A DNA stretch of 60,000 nt, from the NCBI GenBank assembly GCA_013265495.1, contig MU057724.1, positions 684,001 through 744,000 on the forward strand, written 5' to 3'. Below, in pieces: positions 12,112 through 22,858 of this stretch; position 1 is the first letter of the stretch, and the number at the start of each line of letters is the position of its first letter. Under the pieces are notes generated by a model that ran no database searches, was not told the DNA's origin, and saw only the letters and a list, made by a program, of their open reading frames with translations. The DNA comes from Vicugna vicugna. Taxonomy: Eukaryota. The position numbers and the translations under genes are program-made.

Positions 12112-12891
12112 TGGTCCACTCATCCAGGCTGCCAAGCGGGTGTGTGCAGACTGGGCCATTTCGGTCCCGGCTGCCACGCTGACACCTGCCGGATCTGTGG
12201 CAGCACCCCTCACTCCTGGCACCGGTTCGCGGACAGTTCGTGTCCTCTCTTCTCCTCTCTTTGTAGGTCTTGCTGGAGGTTTGCCAGTTTCGCTGCTCTT
12301 CCCAAAGAAAAGGCTTCTTGCCTCACGGGTTTTCTCTGTTGTTTCTGTGCTTCCGGCTCCACTGACTTCTGTCTCTTCTGCCCGTTTCCTTCCTTCTGTG
12401 CGCTTTGCGTTCACTCTTCCGGGTCCTCGAGCGGAAGCTTAGGCCGTTGACTTGGACGTTCCCCTCTCCTGACACGAGCGTTTAGCGCTACACACGCCCC
12501 ACACATCGTAGTATGCGGCGTTTTCATTTTCGTTCAGCTCGGTGGACGCTTCGTTTCTCCTGAGACTTCCTCTCTGACCCACGGGACGTTTCAAGGTGCG
12601 CTGGCTAGTTTCCAAGGCTTTGCGGAGACCTTCCCATTCCTGATTCCAGTCTGGTCCCACTGTGGGCAGCAGACGTTCTGTATGATTTTACTTCCGCTCC
12701 ACTCACCGCTTTTGTCTTCCGGCCCAGGATACGGTCTCCCTCGCTGTGCTGACTAGATCCTGCGGGTCGGTGGTGTGCTGCGTTCAGGGTCTGCTCCCCC
12801 GCTGATGCAGCCCTGTTGTTTGGTGCACACACGTGCGGGATTGCTACGTCCTCCCGGTGGCCTGACCCTCGTATCATAATGTCACAGGTCA
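12112..12891 (+). repeat. Inverted repeat, left arm (780 bp)
   Basis: Reverse complement of 19834-20613. Paired coordinates always sum to 32725 (no indels), and ORF translations across the two arms are identical. Confidence 0.95.
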
Positions 12892-15439
12892 TTTTTTTTT
12901 TTTTTAGCTGGAAGTCTGCTTTATCTGATGTTAATATAACTCTCTTATCTCTTTTAGTTAACGTTTGCATGGTATGTCTTTTTCTGTATGGTTTCTTGTT
13001 GGCAATATGTAGTTGTGTCATGATTTTCAACCCACTGGGCCAATCTTTGTCTTTTAAATGATGTATTTAGACCACTGCATTTCATGAAATTATTCATTGT
13101 TATGCCTTAAAGCTACCATTTTATTTTCCTTTTCTGTTTGTTTATTTTCTTTTCTCTGTGTCTTTTTTCATGGCTTTCTCTGGGTTAGTTGAACACTTTT
13201 TTTTGACTTCCATTTGGATTTATCTCTGTGTTTTTAAATGTATCTCTTTCTTTATAGAAGTTGTTGTTGTTTTAACCACAGGCTCCTGGTGCCAATATTT
13301 TCCACTCTGAGTAACATTTGGAGACTCCTCCTCCCTCTCTGCCCCATTTATAACCTCGCTTAAAATACAACTGTCTTAAATCTTCCCTCCACCTACTTTC
13401 AGAGCCACATCGGAAAGTGTTGCAGCTTTTGTTTCAACCACTAAGAGCAATTTAGAGAACTCAGCGGGCGAGGCGCAGCGCATCGCCTGGACCCGTGGTT
13501 TTATTCTTTCCATCGTTCTCACTTCCTGCTGCCCAAGGCTCTTCTTCTAGAGCCTTCTTTCTGCCCGGAGAACTTCGTCCAGCTCCTCGGTCAGGCGAGG
13601 TCTGTGAGCAGTAACTTCCTCTTTTCCTTCGCCTGAGGAAGTCTTGAATTCCCGTCTTCCTGGAAGGTGTCTTACGCATACAGGGGGCTGGGTTAACAGC
13701 GCGTTTCTTCCTCTGCGCAAAGAGCGCTGTGGATTCTAATTCCTGGAGGGAACTCACTCTCCGTCAGACGGTGTTTCCCGCAGAGAAAAGGTGTTCTTTC
13801 CTGCAGCTATTTTCAAGATTTTTCTCTTTGTTCTCATACTTTCGTCACGTGGCCATGATGTTTTTTGGAATGGATGTCTTTGAGTTTATCCTGTTTGGCA
13901 TTTTCTCAGCTTCTTGAATCTTTAGGATTATGTCTTTTGCCAAATTTGGAGATTTTTTAGTCATCATTTCATTGAATAGTTTTTCAGACTCGCTCTCGCC
14001 CCCCGTCCTTCCAGGGACTCTTGCCATGAATGCGAGGTTTTTCCACCTGCAGGGCCTGTGACGTCCGTTTTCTCCCCCCTCCCTGTTTTTTCTTCTCGCT
14101 GTCTTGACTGGGTGATTTCTGTCGTCCTGTTCATGGATTTTTCCTCTGTTTTCATGTTGTTGAGTCTGTGTACTGAGTTTAAAAAAATTTCAGTTATTTT
14201 ACTTTTCTGTTCTAAATTTCCTTTTGTTTCCCTTTGTATCTTCTGTTTGCTAAGACTTTTTGTTCTTTTATTTGTTTCAGGTGTGTTTATAATTACTCAC
14301 TGAAGCATGTTTCTGATGGTTGCTGTAAAATCCTTGTCATATAATTCCAGCGTGCTGGCATGGTGGTGCTGGTGTCTGTAGACTGTCTTATTTTGTATTC
14401 AGGTTGAGATGTTCCTGATTGTCAGTAGAATGAGTGATTTTCAGATGAAATTTGGACATGTTAGGTATTACATAATGAGAATCTGCAAGTTCATGAAACC
14501 TATTTTTATCTGACTTCCTCTCACATCACTCCAGCAGGGGAAAGGGGCCTCGGCCTGGTCCCTGCCAGGTGAGCTAGAAATCCAGGGCCGCCCTCTGGCC
14601 TTGGTTGGCACCTGCAGGAGGAAGGGCTTCTCATGCTGCTGGGTGGGAGTGGGGCTTCTGGCCTCCACCCTGGCTGGACGGAGAGGGGTGCCGTGTCACT
14701 GCTCCCTGCTCGGACTATGCTGTCACTGCCCGGGGTGATGAAAGTTTGACATCACTCCATGGGGAGTGGGAGGGACTCCTCATTACCCCAGGGAGGAGGG
14801 GTCTCCATGCCCCCATTGGGGATGAGTTCTCGGCCCACCCACTCCCTGGCCTTTTGCGACACACCCTGGCCGGGCGTCCGCGGCAACTCTTTGCACTTGG
14901 ATGGCCTGGGGAGCAGGTCCCCCCTTGCTCGGCCCTTGCTGGTGGGGCCGGGGCCGGGGCCGTGGTTTTCCTTGGGGGTTTGGAAGGAGCGCAGCGGGCG
15001 TTGTCTAGATGTTCCCGTGCCGTCCGGCTGCCCCTCTCCTGGTCCTGTGCCGAGACAGCAGGCTTCTCTGGGGGCTTTTCTGGCTCACGCCTGCTCGCAC
15101 TCCTGGGTGGCCGGGATCTGCAGCTCTGGGGCTGGGATGTAAGGCAAAAAGAAACCCAAGGACTTCACCCCCGTTTCCCCTTGGGTCCTGAGTTCTCCGC
15201 TGTCCGCCTTCTCCTCTCTGCCTTTCTGTTCGTGTGTAGAGACTCTTCGCTGCCTTTGTTCGTACTTAGCAGGAAGAAAACATGTCCCTTACATCTTCCC
15301 AGAAGCGCAAGTCCAGTGGAGGCAGCTTGATTTTTACAGTTTTTATTTGAAGTATTTTATAAGCATCTTACTTTTGGAAAGTTTTTAGAACTGAGTACAT
15401 TTTCATGGTTTGCATAAAATAGGAACTGTTTCACGCTCA

Positions 15440-15680
15440 TACTTCGTTTTTGTATACATTTAATATTATGGTATGTAATGCATATTGTATTACACAACGT
15501 ACAAGTCTATCTGTATCACATAGAATGCATTGTTACACTGCAGCATAGAATATGTTATATAATACATTATACATTAATTATACAGTGTATTAAAGTATTA
15601 ATTCATAGCATCTAAACGTATTGTACACAGTGTCATTGCACACACGCCACTGCACAGTTTACATTATTACGCATTATATA
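15440..15680. repeat. AT-rich low-complexity tract (degenerate TACAT/TATTG units)
   Basis: Repetitive tattgtattacac / tacattatac text. Confidence 0.5.
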
Positions 15681-15764
15681 CAGCAAACTGACTCACCAAT
15701 GAACGAGTTTTGACGCCTCTTTTTGGTGGCCTGGAGCCATGTGTCATGGAGCAGGAGAGGCTGT

Positions 15765-16095
15765 GATCGTTTGCCAGGGTGACAGTGACAATGCAGCACA
15801 GATGTCTGTCCCTGCAGCTCTGGAGGGGGCGTCCCAGAAGAAGGTGCCAACAGGGCTGGTCTCTCCTGGGCTGGGACGGCTGTCTTCTCAGTGTGTCCTC
15901 CCACGGTGTGGGTGTCTGGGTCCAAATCTCTTTTTCCTACACGGACACCGCTCATTTTGTTAGGACCCACCCAGTGACCTCATTTTACCATAATTGCCTC
16001 TTTAAGGACCCCATCTGCAGATACAGTCCCCTTCTGAGGTCCTGGGTGGGAGGACTAGGACACGACTGTTTAGGGAACACCACTCAGCTCCTAAA
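15765..16095 (-). mobile_element. MaLR LTR (MLT1-like)
   Basis: ggtccaaatctctttttcctacacggacacc...gtgacctcattttacc...aaggaccccatctgcagatacagtcc...ttctgaggt resembles the reverse complement of an MLT1 LTR. Confidence 0.8.
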
Positions 16096-16859
16096 GGGAG
16101 CGGGGCACAGACAGTGGAGGGGAGAGCCCCGGTCCTGGTCTTGACTCAGAGGCAGTGGCGGGGCCTGGGCTGCAAACAGAGGTGGTGGTGCAGGTGGGCG
16201 ATACCCCGGGGCCCCAGGAAGCTGGGCCAGCTTCACAGAGGGATGGAGGGACGGAGGGACAGAGGGACGGCTGCCAGGCTAGAGGGGCCTCTGCTCTCTC
16301 TGTTCACCTCCTGCTCCAAACAAACTGGGAATGCTTGCTTCTGGAGAAGGGCACCGCGACCTGGGGTGTCTCCTGTGTCCTCGGACAGCTCCAGGCTTCT
16401 GTGTCCATGGTGGTCAACAGTGCTCGCAAGCGAGTTTCATAATTTCCTAAAAGAAAGATGGCTTTTTTCATAGATTTTTTAAGGAAATTGATTCTGATAC
16501 TTTAATGAAAGAGAAAACAAATGATGGGGTACCTGTCAGTAGCCGTTTTTGTTAAGAACGTCCTGGAGAAGTATTCTTGGTTTTTTTATTGCTGTTTCTT
16601 ACACTTAATACAACATACACACTTAGATTTACCAACTGAATTTTCTTTGACCTCGAAACCCCATGTAAACCGAGACTCCAAGCACAAACTGCTTTTTTCC
16701 GTCTCCCACCTCAAACAAACACATTTTCTGTTGGATTCAAAGAGCCCCGTGGACTCTCCCAGCAGCAGTTGGTAGGAAAAAAATAGCCGCCCGAGAGCCT
16801 CCTTCCAGACGTGTTTAGCAAACGCGGCCTTATTTTAATCTTTCACTATGATTTATTGA

Positions 16860-17800
16860 GGCATTCAGGGTTCGTCCGGAGCCCCGGCCCAGCCGCCCCA
16901 GCGCGGGAGATGAATGTTCTCTCTGACTCCGGCTGCGCTTGGCAGTCCGCGCAGGGCCCGTTGTCCCCGCACCCCCGAGGAAATAAGAGCGCTGTGTATT
17001 CTAGGGAAGAAAAACACGGCTTTCAGGCCCTCCTCCCAGCGCGCCCTGACGGCGAGCGCGCCTCGGCGGCGGAACAGAGCGGCCCTCTGTGGGGCCGCGG
17101 CCGCAGACTGGCTGTCTGCGCGGGGGTTCCTGCCGCGGCGGGAGGGGCTGTGCGGCGCCCCGCGGGGCCCAGGGGAGGAAGGAGGCGCTTCCACCCCGCC
17201 CGGCCTGGGACGCCCGGCGTGGCCTTCGGAGGCGCGCGCTCCCCGGACGGCTCTCCGCGTCCGGGCCGAGCTCGGGCAGGGCCGGCGCCCCGGGAGGGCG
17301 GCCCCCACGGCGTCCTGCCCGCCGCCCTGCACTGGCCCCGGCTCCGCGGGCGGGGCCTCGTCACGGCCGTCCGCCCGCACCGCCCTCCCGGGCCCTCAGC
17401 CTGGTCCAGGCTGGACCCCGCGCAGGGGAGGATGCGCGCCCCGAGCACGGCGCGTGCGCCACGGCCTCCACTCGGGCCGGGCGGGGGGCGCCGCAGGGCC
17501 TCTGCAGGTGCGCCCGCGTGGGGACGGAACCTGGGCCGACGGCTGGGGGTGCCCGGAGGAGAGGCTGCAGTGTGTGCCGCCGCGGCTGCTCGGCTGGGCC
17601 CCCTGCATGGTGAGGCGTTGGGGACCTGCGCTCATAGCCCCCGGCTCCTCGGCATCGTCGGGCCCCTCCGCTGACCCGGGAGAGTCCGCTTGATGCGCGG
17701 GGAAGCCTCCCGGGATGGGCATTTCTCAGAAGCTCCAGCTGCGGTTCCCGGAAGCACTGATTCTGGTGGATCCCGACGTTCCGAGTGGCCCTGAGGAACA
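16860..17800. promoter_or_regulatory. Orphan CpG island
   Basis: About 0.9 kb of extremely GC/CpG-dense, non-repeat-like sequence; no recognisable coding exon. Confidence 0.8.
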
Positions 17801-18599
17801 GGCACTGGGACGGAAAGAGGCACAGGAGTCGTCGTCCAGCCCGAGTGTCCTCCCTTTGTGATGAGGCACCGAGCCCCGTGGAGTGTGAACCCCGGTCCCG
17901 GGACAGCCCTGTCTGGACCTGCACGAGGGGCCAGGCACTTTCATGGCTCAGTCAGCAAGGCCCCCGGGAATCTTTATCCTGCTTCCCCGAGGGGCCTCAA
18001 TTAAAAAATTCTCTGTGGAGTCTAGCACCTTGAGTACCACAGACATCTCTGTTAAGCTGAGTTCTCCTAATCTGGTGAGGTGAGGAGGCACCTGTCACCT
18101 GTGCTGGATGTTTCTCTCACCTGTGCAGTGGGAGGAGTCTGTGTCTCTGGTGGGAGCCTCTTGTTACGAGGTGTGAATAATACAAGATGTTCACTAGTCA
18201 CATTTTAGTGAAAAAACAAGTAATTTATCTTGCCCTCGGACACCCAGGCGGCAGTGAAGGAGGCAGCAAAGGCAGCCCCAACCAGGTGCATGGCCTGTGG
18301 TGCTGGCTGGTAGCGGGGGACCCCAGGCCCAGGGCATCTCAGCTCAAGTATTCCACTTATTTATTCACATTCTCCTTGTTTATTTGCATATTGTTTATGT
18401 GACTTGTTTGGGGGAGCTGTACTGAACTATTAATGAATTAGAATTATTTATTTAGGATAGTTTGGTTGAATTATTGACCTATTTCTGTGATGCCTCTCAG
18501 CTTCACTCAGAAAAATTGGGAATTCACTCTACAACTGGGAAAATATTGAGTCTTTACTGCTCAGAAATGCTGTGACCCTTGTTGGAAAAACAGCAAACT

Positions 18600-20613
18600 A
18601 AACCAAACAATCAAAAAGCGAAACCAAAACCCTGTCCCCATCTTAACAAAAGGACAGTGGACGGGAGGGAGGGTGAGTGGCGGCTGTGAGCTGGGGACAG
18701 TGTCAGGCCCCCCCCCCACCCTGAGTCGCATGCAAGGAGGGAAGTGTCTCTGTTGTCCCTGGTGTTGGCCGCAGAGGCCGGGCAGTCACAGCCGCACTTC
18801 TGCTCTTGGGAGGATGAGTTAGACTCCTTTTCCTCCCATGGGGTGCATGAGGCTGAAATCGGTGGGCATCGAACAGCTAACACACGGAAGGAGACTCTGA
18901 AGTGTGGGGACTGCAGGTCGGGCGGGGACCCGGCACCTGTGAGCAGAGCGGAGTAGGTGCCCTGGTTTCTCTCCTTCTCGTGCCACAGACTGGGGGCAGA
19001 ATAATCCGGAATCTGGAGGTGCAGACGAGGACCAGCGAGGGGAGCTTGGCAGGACAGAGAGCTTTTCGACAGTAACCACTGATTCTGCCCAAACCCACCC
19101 ACGCCAGCAGACACCGAGAGGGGAGCCCGGCTAGCGGGGCCAGAGTGACTACCTAAAGCTCCAGCACTGAGTCCTCGGAGCCCCTGGCGGACCAGGGACA
19201 GGCCAGGAAGGAGGAGGAAGAGTGAAAGTGTGGAAAATCCAGTGTTTTCCTTCTCTTATTGACTTGTGTAAGTTATGCTGGCAGTTTAAGCAAAAGTTGT
19301 AAAACTTCTCGATACGGCTTTAAGTGAGAAGCAGAAATACTTAAGACAACAATACTCTTAGTGACGGAGGGTAAAGGTATAGAAAAGGGACCCAGCCTTT
19401 CTACACTTCGCTCGAATGTGAACTGGCTGCCCCAGGAGACTGTGGGATTCCTGTGCACCCGTCACTGGGAGGGCGTTCAAAAGGGAGCGCTGCGTTGGAG
19501 TGCTAAAGATGGGTTTAAGTGAGCACCGGAGGGAAGGACAGGGAAGCAAGAGAAGGGAAACCAGAATAAACAGAAACGAATAAAGTGGCCATCTTGAGCT
19601 TTAACAACTCAGTGATTACTTAAACTTACATGATCTCAGTGCATGAGCTAAAAGAGATTGGCAGTGATTTTTTTAAACGACCTAATCATATACTGCCTGT
19701 AAGAAACTCATTTCAAATCAGTGATATAGGTAGACAGAAGGAAAAGAGATGTGTCATGCGAACATTAATCAAAAGAAAGGAGCTGTCAAACCTATATTCA
19801 TAGCAGCTAATGTAGACTTCAAAGCAAAAAAAGTGACCTGTGACATTATGATACGAGGGTCAGGCCACCGGGAGGACGTAGCAATCCCGCACGTGTGTGC
19901 ACCAAACAACAGGGCTGCATCAGCGGGGGAGCAGACCCTGAACGCAGCACACCACCGACCCGCAGGATCTAGTCAGCACAGCGAGGGAGACCGTATCCTG
20001 GGCCGGAAGACAAAAGCGGTGAGTGGAGCGGAAGTAAAATCATACAGAACGTCTGCTGCCCACAGTGGGACCAGACTGGAATCAGGAATGGGAAGGTCTC
20101 CGCAAAGCCTTGGAAACTAGCCAGCGCACCTTGAAACGTCCCGTGGGTCAGAGAGGAAGTCTCAGGAGAAACGAAGCGTCCACCGAGCTGAACGAAAATG
20201 AAAACGCCGCATACTACGATGTGTGGGGCGTGTGTAGCGCTAAACGCTCGTGTCAGGAGAGGGGAACGTCCAAGTCAACGGCCTAAGCTTCCGCTCGAGG
20301 ACCCGGAAGAGTGAACGCAAAGCGCACAGAAGGAAGGAAACGGGCAGAAGAGACAGAAGTCAGTGGAGCCGGAAGCACAGAAACAACAGAGAAAACCCGT
20401 GAGGCAAGAAGCCTTTTCTTTGGGAAGAGCAGCGAAACTGGCAAACCTCCAGCAAGACCTACAAAGAGAGGAGAAGAGAGGACACGAACTGTCCGCGAAC
20501 CGGTGCCAGGAGTGAGGGGTGCTGCCACAGATCCGGCAGGTGTCAGCGTGGCAGCCGGGACCGAAATGGCCCAGTCTGCACACACCCGCTTGGCAGCCTG
20601 GATGAGTGGACCA
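18600..20613 (+). mobile_element. Old L1 (element B, 5' part through the ORF2 endonuclease region), sense
   Basis: ORF 19749..20120 gives HANINQKKGAV...IAANVDFK...CAPNNRA, a decayed L1 endonuclease; left boundary approximate. Confidence 0.8.
19834..20613 (-). repeat. Inverted repeat, right arm (780 bp)
   Basis: Partner of 12112-12891; e.g. ORFs 12439..12660(-) and 20065..20286(+) give the same 73-aa translation. Confidence 0.95.
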
Positions 20614-21051
20614 CCAGCCTTGTGGGGAGAGGGCTCGCCACCCACGTTGGCCAGTGAGATAAGGAGGGAGCTTGCTGGTGGGGTGGGGGAATCGCGTCTG
20701 GAGGCAGGAGTTTTCCTCCAAGAGAAGGACCAGGTTGGGGGTGGGGGTGGGGTGGGACAGGACGCACCAGCCCTCGTGTCCCTCTGGATCTGACGGCTGA
20801 GGCTGAATGTGGTCACAGACATACTGAGGAACATCAAGAGGAAGGGACCCAGATCTCAGTATATCCCTGCAGTGTCTGTGCACCTCGCCTCCGAGGTCCT
20901 CCTCATCTGGGGACTGACTCAGGGGTTCTGTGAACTTGCAGACAAAAGCGTCCTTAACGACCCAGAGAACGCCACTGACGCTTGTTGCCAAGGTCCTGGC
21001 CAAGTTTACTCCATGAAGCTGAGTCTGAAGGATTTGCTCCAGGGCAGAATA

Positions 21052-22858
21052 CCATTTTTTAATTAAATGAAAATCTTTGCTTTGAAATAAGTGGAGATTC
21101 ACAGGCAGTGATGAGAAACAGCGTGGAGGATGGGGGCCCTGTCGTCAGTTCCTCCAGTGCTACATCTCGCAACACTGTAGCACAACATCGCCACCAGGAC
21201 GCAGAGACCGTCCAGGCACGGAGCGTCTCTGTCACCACAGACGTCCCTCCTGTTGCCTTTCTCTGCTCGGCCCACGTTCCTGGCCCTGCTTCCGTCCTCA
21301 AGTCCTGGCAAGCGTGAATCTGTTTTCCATCAGTGCAGTTTTGTCATCTCAAGAAGCTGCCCACCGTGTGCGAGGGTAGATGCTCCCTGCGCGTCCCTGT
21401 CTGCTGTCAGCATGGGAGCAGTTTCTCTGCGTCCTTGCCAGCGTTCGGCACTGTCACTGGCCTTCATTTTAACCATCTGACAGGTGCAGAGGGGCGCGTC
21501 TCCTTGCGGTTTTAATCTGCGTTCCCCTGATGAGGGTAACGTTAGCACATCTTTTCGTGCCCTTGTGTTCCGCCTGCGCTCCCTCCTCGGTGAGACTTCT
21601 GCTCCTGTCCTTCCCCTGTCCTCTAATAAAAGCGTTTTTGTTTTTTCACTGTGGAGTTTTGAGAGTTACAAAATTGTTTTAGCAAGTGTATTTTTTTTTT
21701 TTGCTAGTGTCTTTGTTTTGCCTTTCTATGTACGTTTAAAAATAACCTGGTCTGTATCTACAGAAAAATGTTCCTGGAACTTTGATCGGAAGCATGAGAA
21801 ACACGTACACCGATCTGGGGCAATTCGGGACCTTTGAAGCTTGAGCCCCTGATGTGTGAACCAGGCGCGTCTCTGCTTTTTAGATCTTAGGTTTCTCTTG
21901 TAAGAGCCTTCTCGGTTTGGCACAAAGGGCGTGCTTTGAAAGTCGTTCTCTCTTTGTAATTGTGCTGTCCGTGTGGTCATTGTCAGTATGAGGAAATGCA
22001 GCTGACTTTGCATGTCCATCTTGTGTCCTGCAAACTGGTTGGATTCGTGTATGCCCAAGGGTTTTTTGGTAGATTGTTTGAGATTTTACGAGCAGACAAC
22101 CCTGTCATCTGTACGTAGGGACATCTTTAATTTTTTCCTTTCCAACCTGGGGCTTTTTCTTCTCCATCCTGGCCTTATTTCAGGGAGGAGAGCTCCCCGA
22201 GCCCTCAGGTGGCGAGAGTGGCCCCTGCCCTGGCCTCTGACTTACGGGGACTCTGCCTTTTCCCATCAGGACCCTGATGGCTCTAGGATCTTTGCAGATG
22301 CGCCTGATGAAATTGAAGGAGCTTCCCTGTGCCCCTAGAGTTCAGAGTTTTTATCACGGTTGGATGTCAAATTTTATCAGATCCTTCTTTTTGCATCAGT
22401 TAATACGGCCACGTGTTAGATTCCTTCGTTAGATTGTTTATATGGTGTATAATCTAGATCTGTTTTCAAGTATTGAACCAGCCTTGCCTCCACAGTGGAT
22501 TGTGGTGTATAATTCATTTTATGTAATTTTGATTTTATTTATGACAATTTTGTTAAGGATTTTGAGTCTGTATCCTTGAAGGATGTCAGTCTGTTCTGTT
22601 CTTTTGTTGCACGATTTTGTCTGGTTTTGATTCCAGTGAATGAGTTGGAAAGGACATTTTCCTCTTCTCTTTTCTCTGGTAGACTTTGTACAATTAGTGT
22701 TAATTCTTCTGCGATGGTTTGGTAGCGTTCTTCCGGGAAACTGACTGGGCCTGGAGATTGCCTTCTGGGGCTGCTTTTAGTTGCAAGTTGGATTTCCTTA
22801 ATAGCTCAGAGGCTATTCAGATTCCACGTGTCACAGTGGGTAAGTCGTGGAGTTTGTG
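21052..22858 (-). mobile_element. L1MC-like 3' part (element B continuation, now inverted)
   Basis: tttgaaataagtggagattcacaggcagtgatgagaaac...catctcgcaacactgtagcacaacatcgccaccagg resembles the antisense L1MC 3' end; antisense ORF2 continues to 22858. Confidence 0.8.
22713..22858 (+). repeat. Direct repeat copy 2 (~146 bp)
   Basis: Aligns to 11954-12098; homology ends abruptly at 22858. Confidence 0.9.

Larger units (their letters stand above)
11340..15330 (-). mobile_element. Old L1 (element A): ORF2 endonuclease region and upstream ORF1/5' portion, antisense
   Basis: Decayed L1 ORF2 peptides in minus frames (VILTSDKADF, DVAIPHVCAPNNRA, ELNENENAAY; compare L1 ILNIYAPN and NENKDTTY) and ORF1-like PNLAKDI...QEAEKMPNRIN...PKNI at 13845-14027; boundaries approximate. 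Confidence 0.85.

Noticed and set aside
12439..12660. Duplicated small 'genes' with identical translations at 12.1-12.9 kb and 19.8-20.6 kb
   Set aside because: Decayed, frameshifted L1 ORF2 within the inverted repeat, not genes.
16811..17924. Overlapping long ORFs (287, 259, 187 aa)
   Set aside because: CpG-island artefact; low-complexity translations on both strands.
18600..22858. Twin-priming explanation for the opposed L1 halves
   Set aside because: Twin-priming joins the halves directly, head to head. Here they are separated by ~440 bp of non-L1 flank, with the L1 3' end internal, which fits a later inversion.
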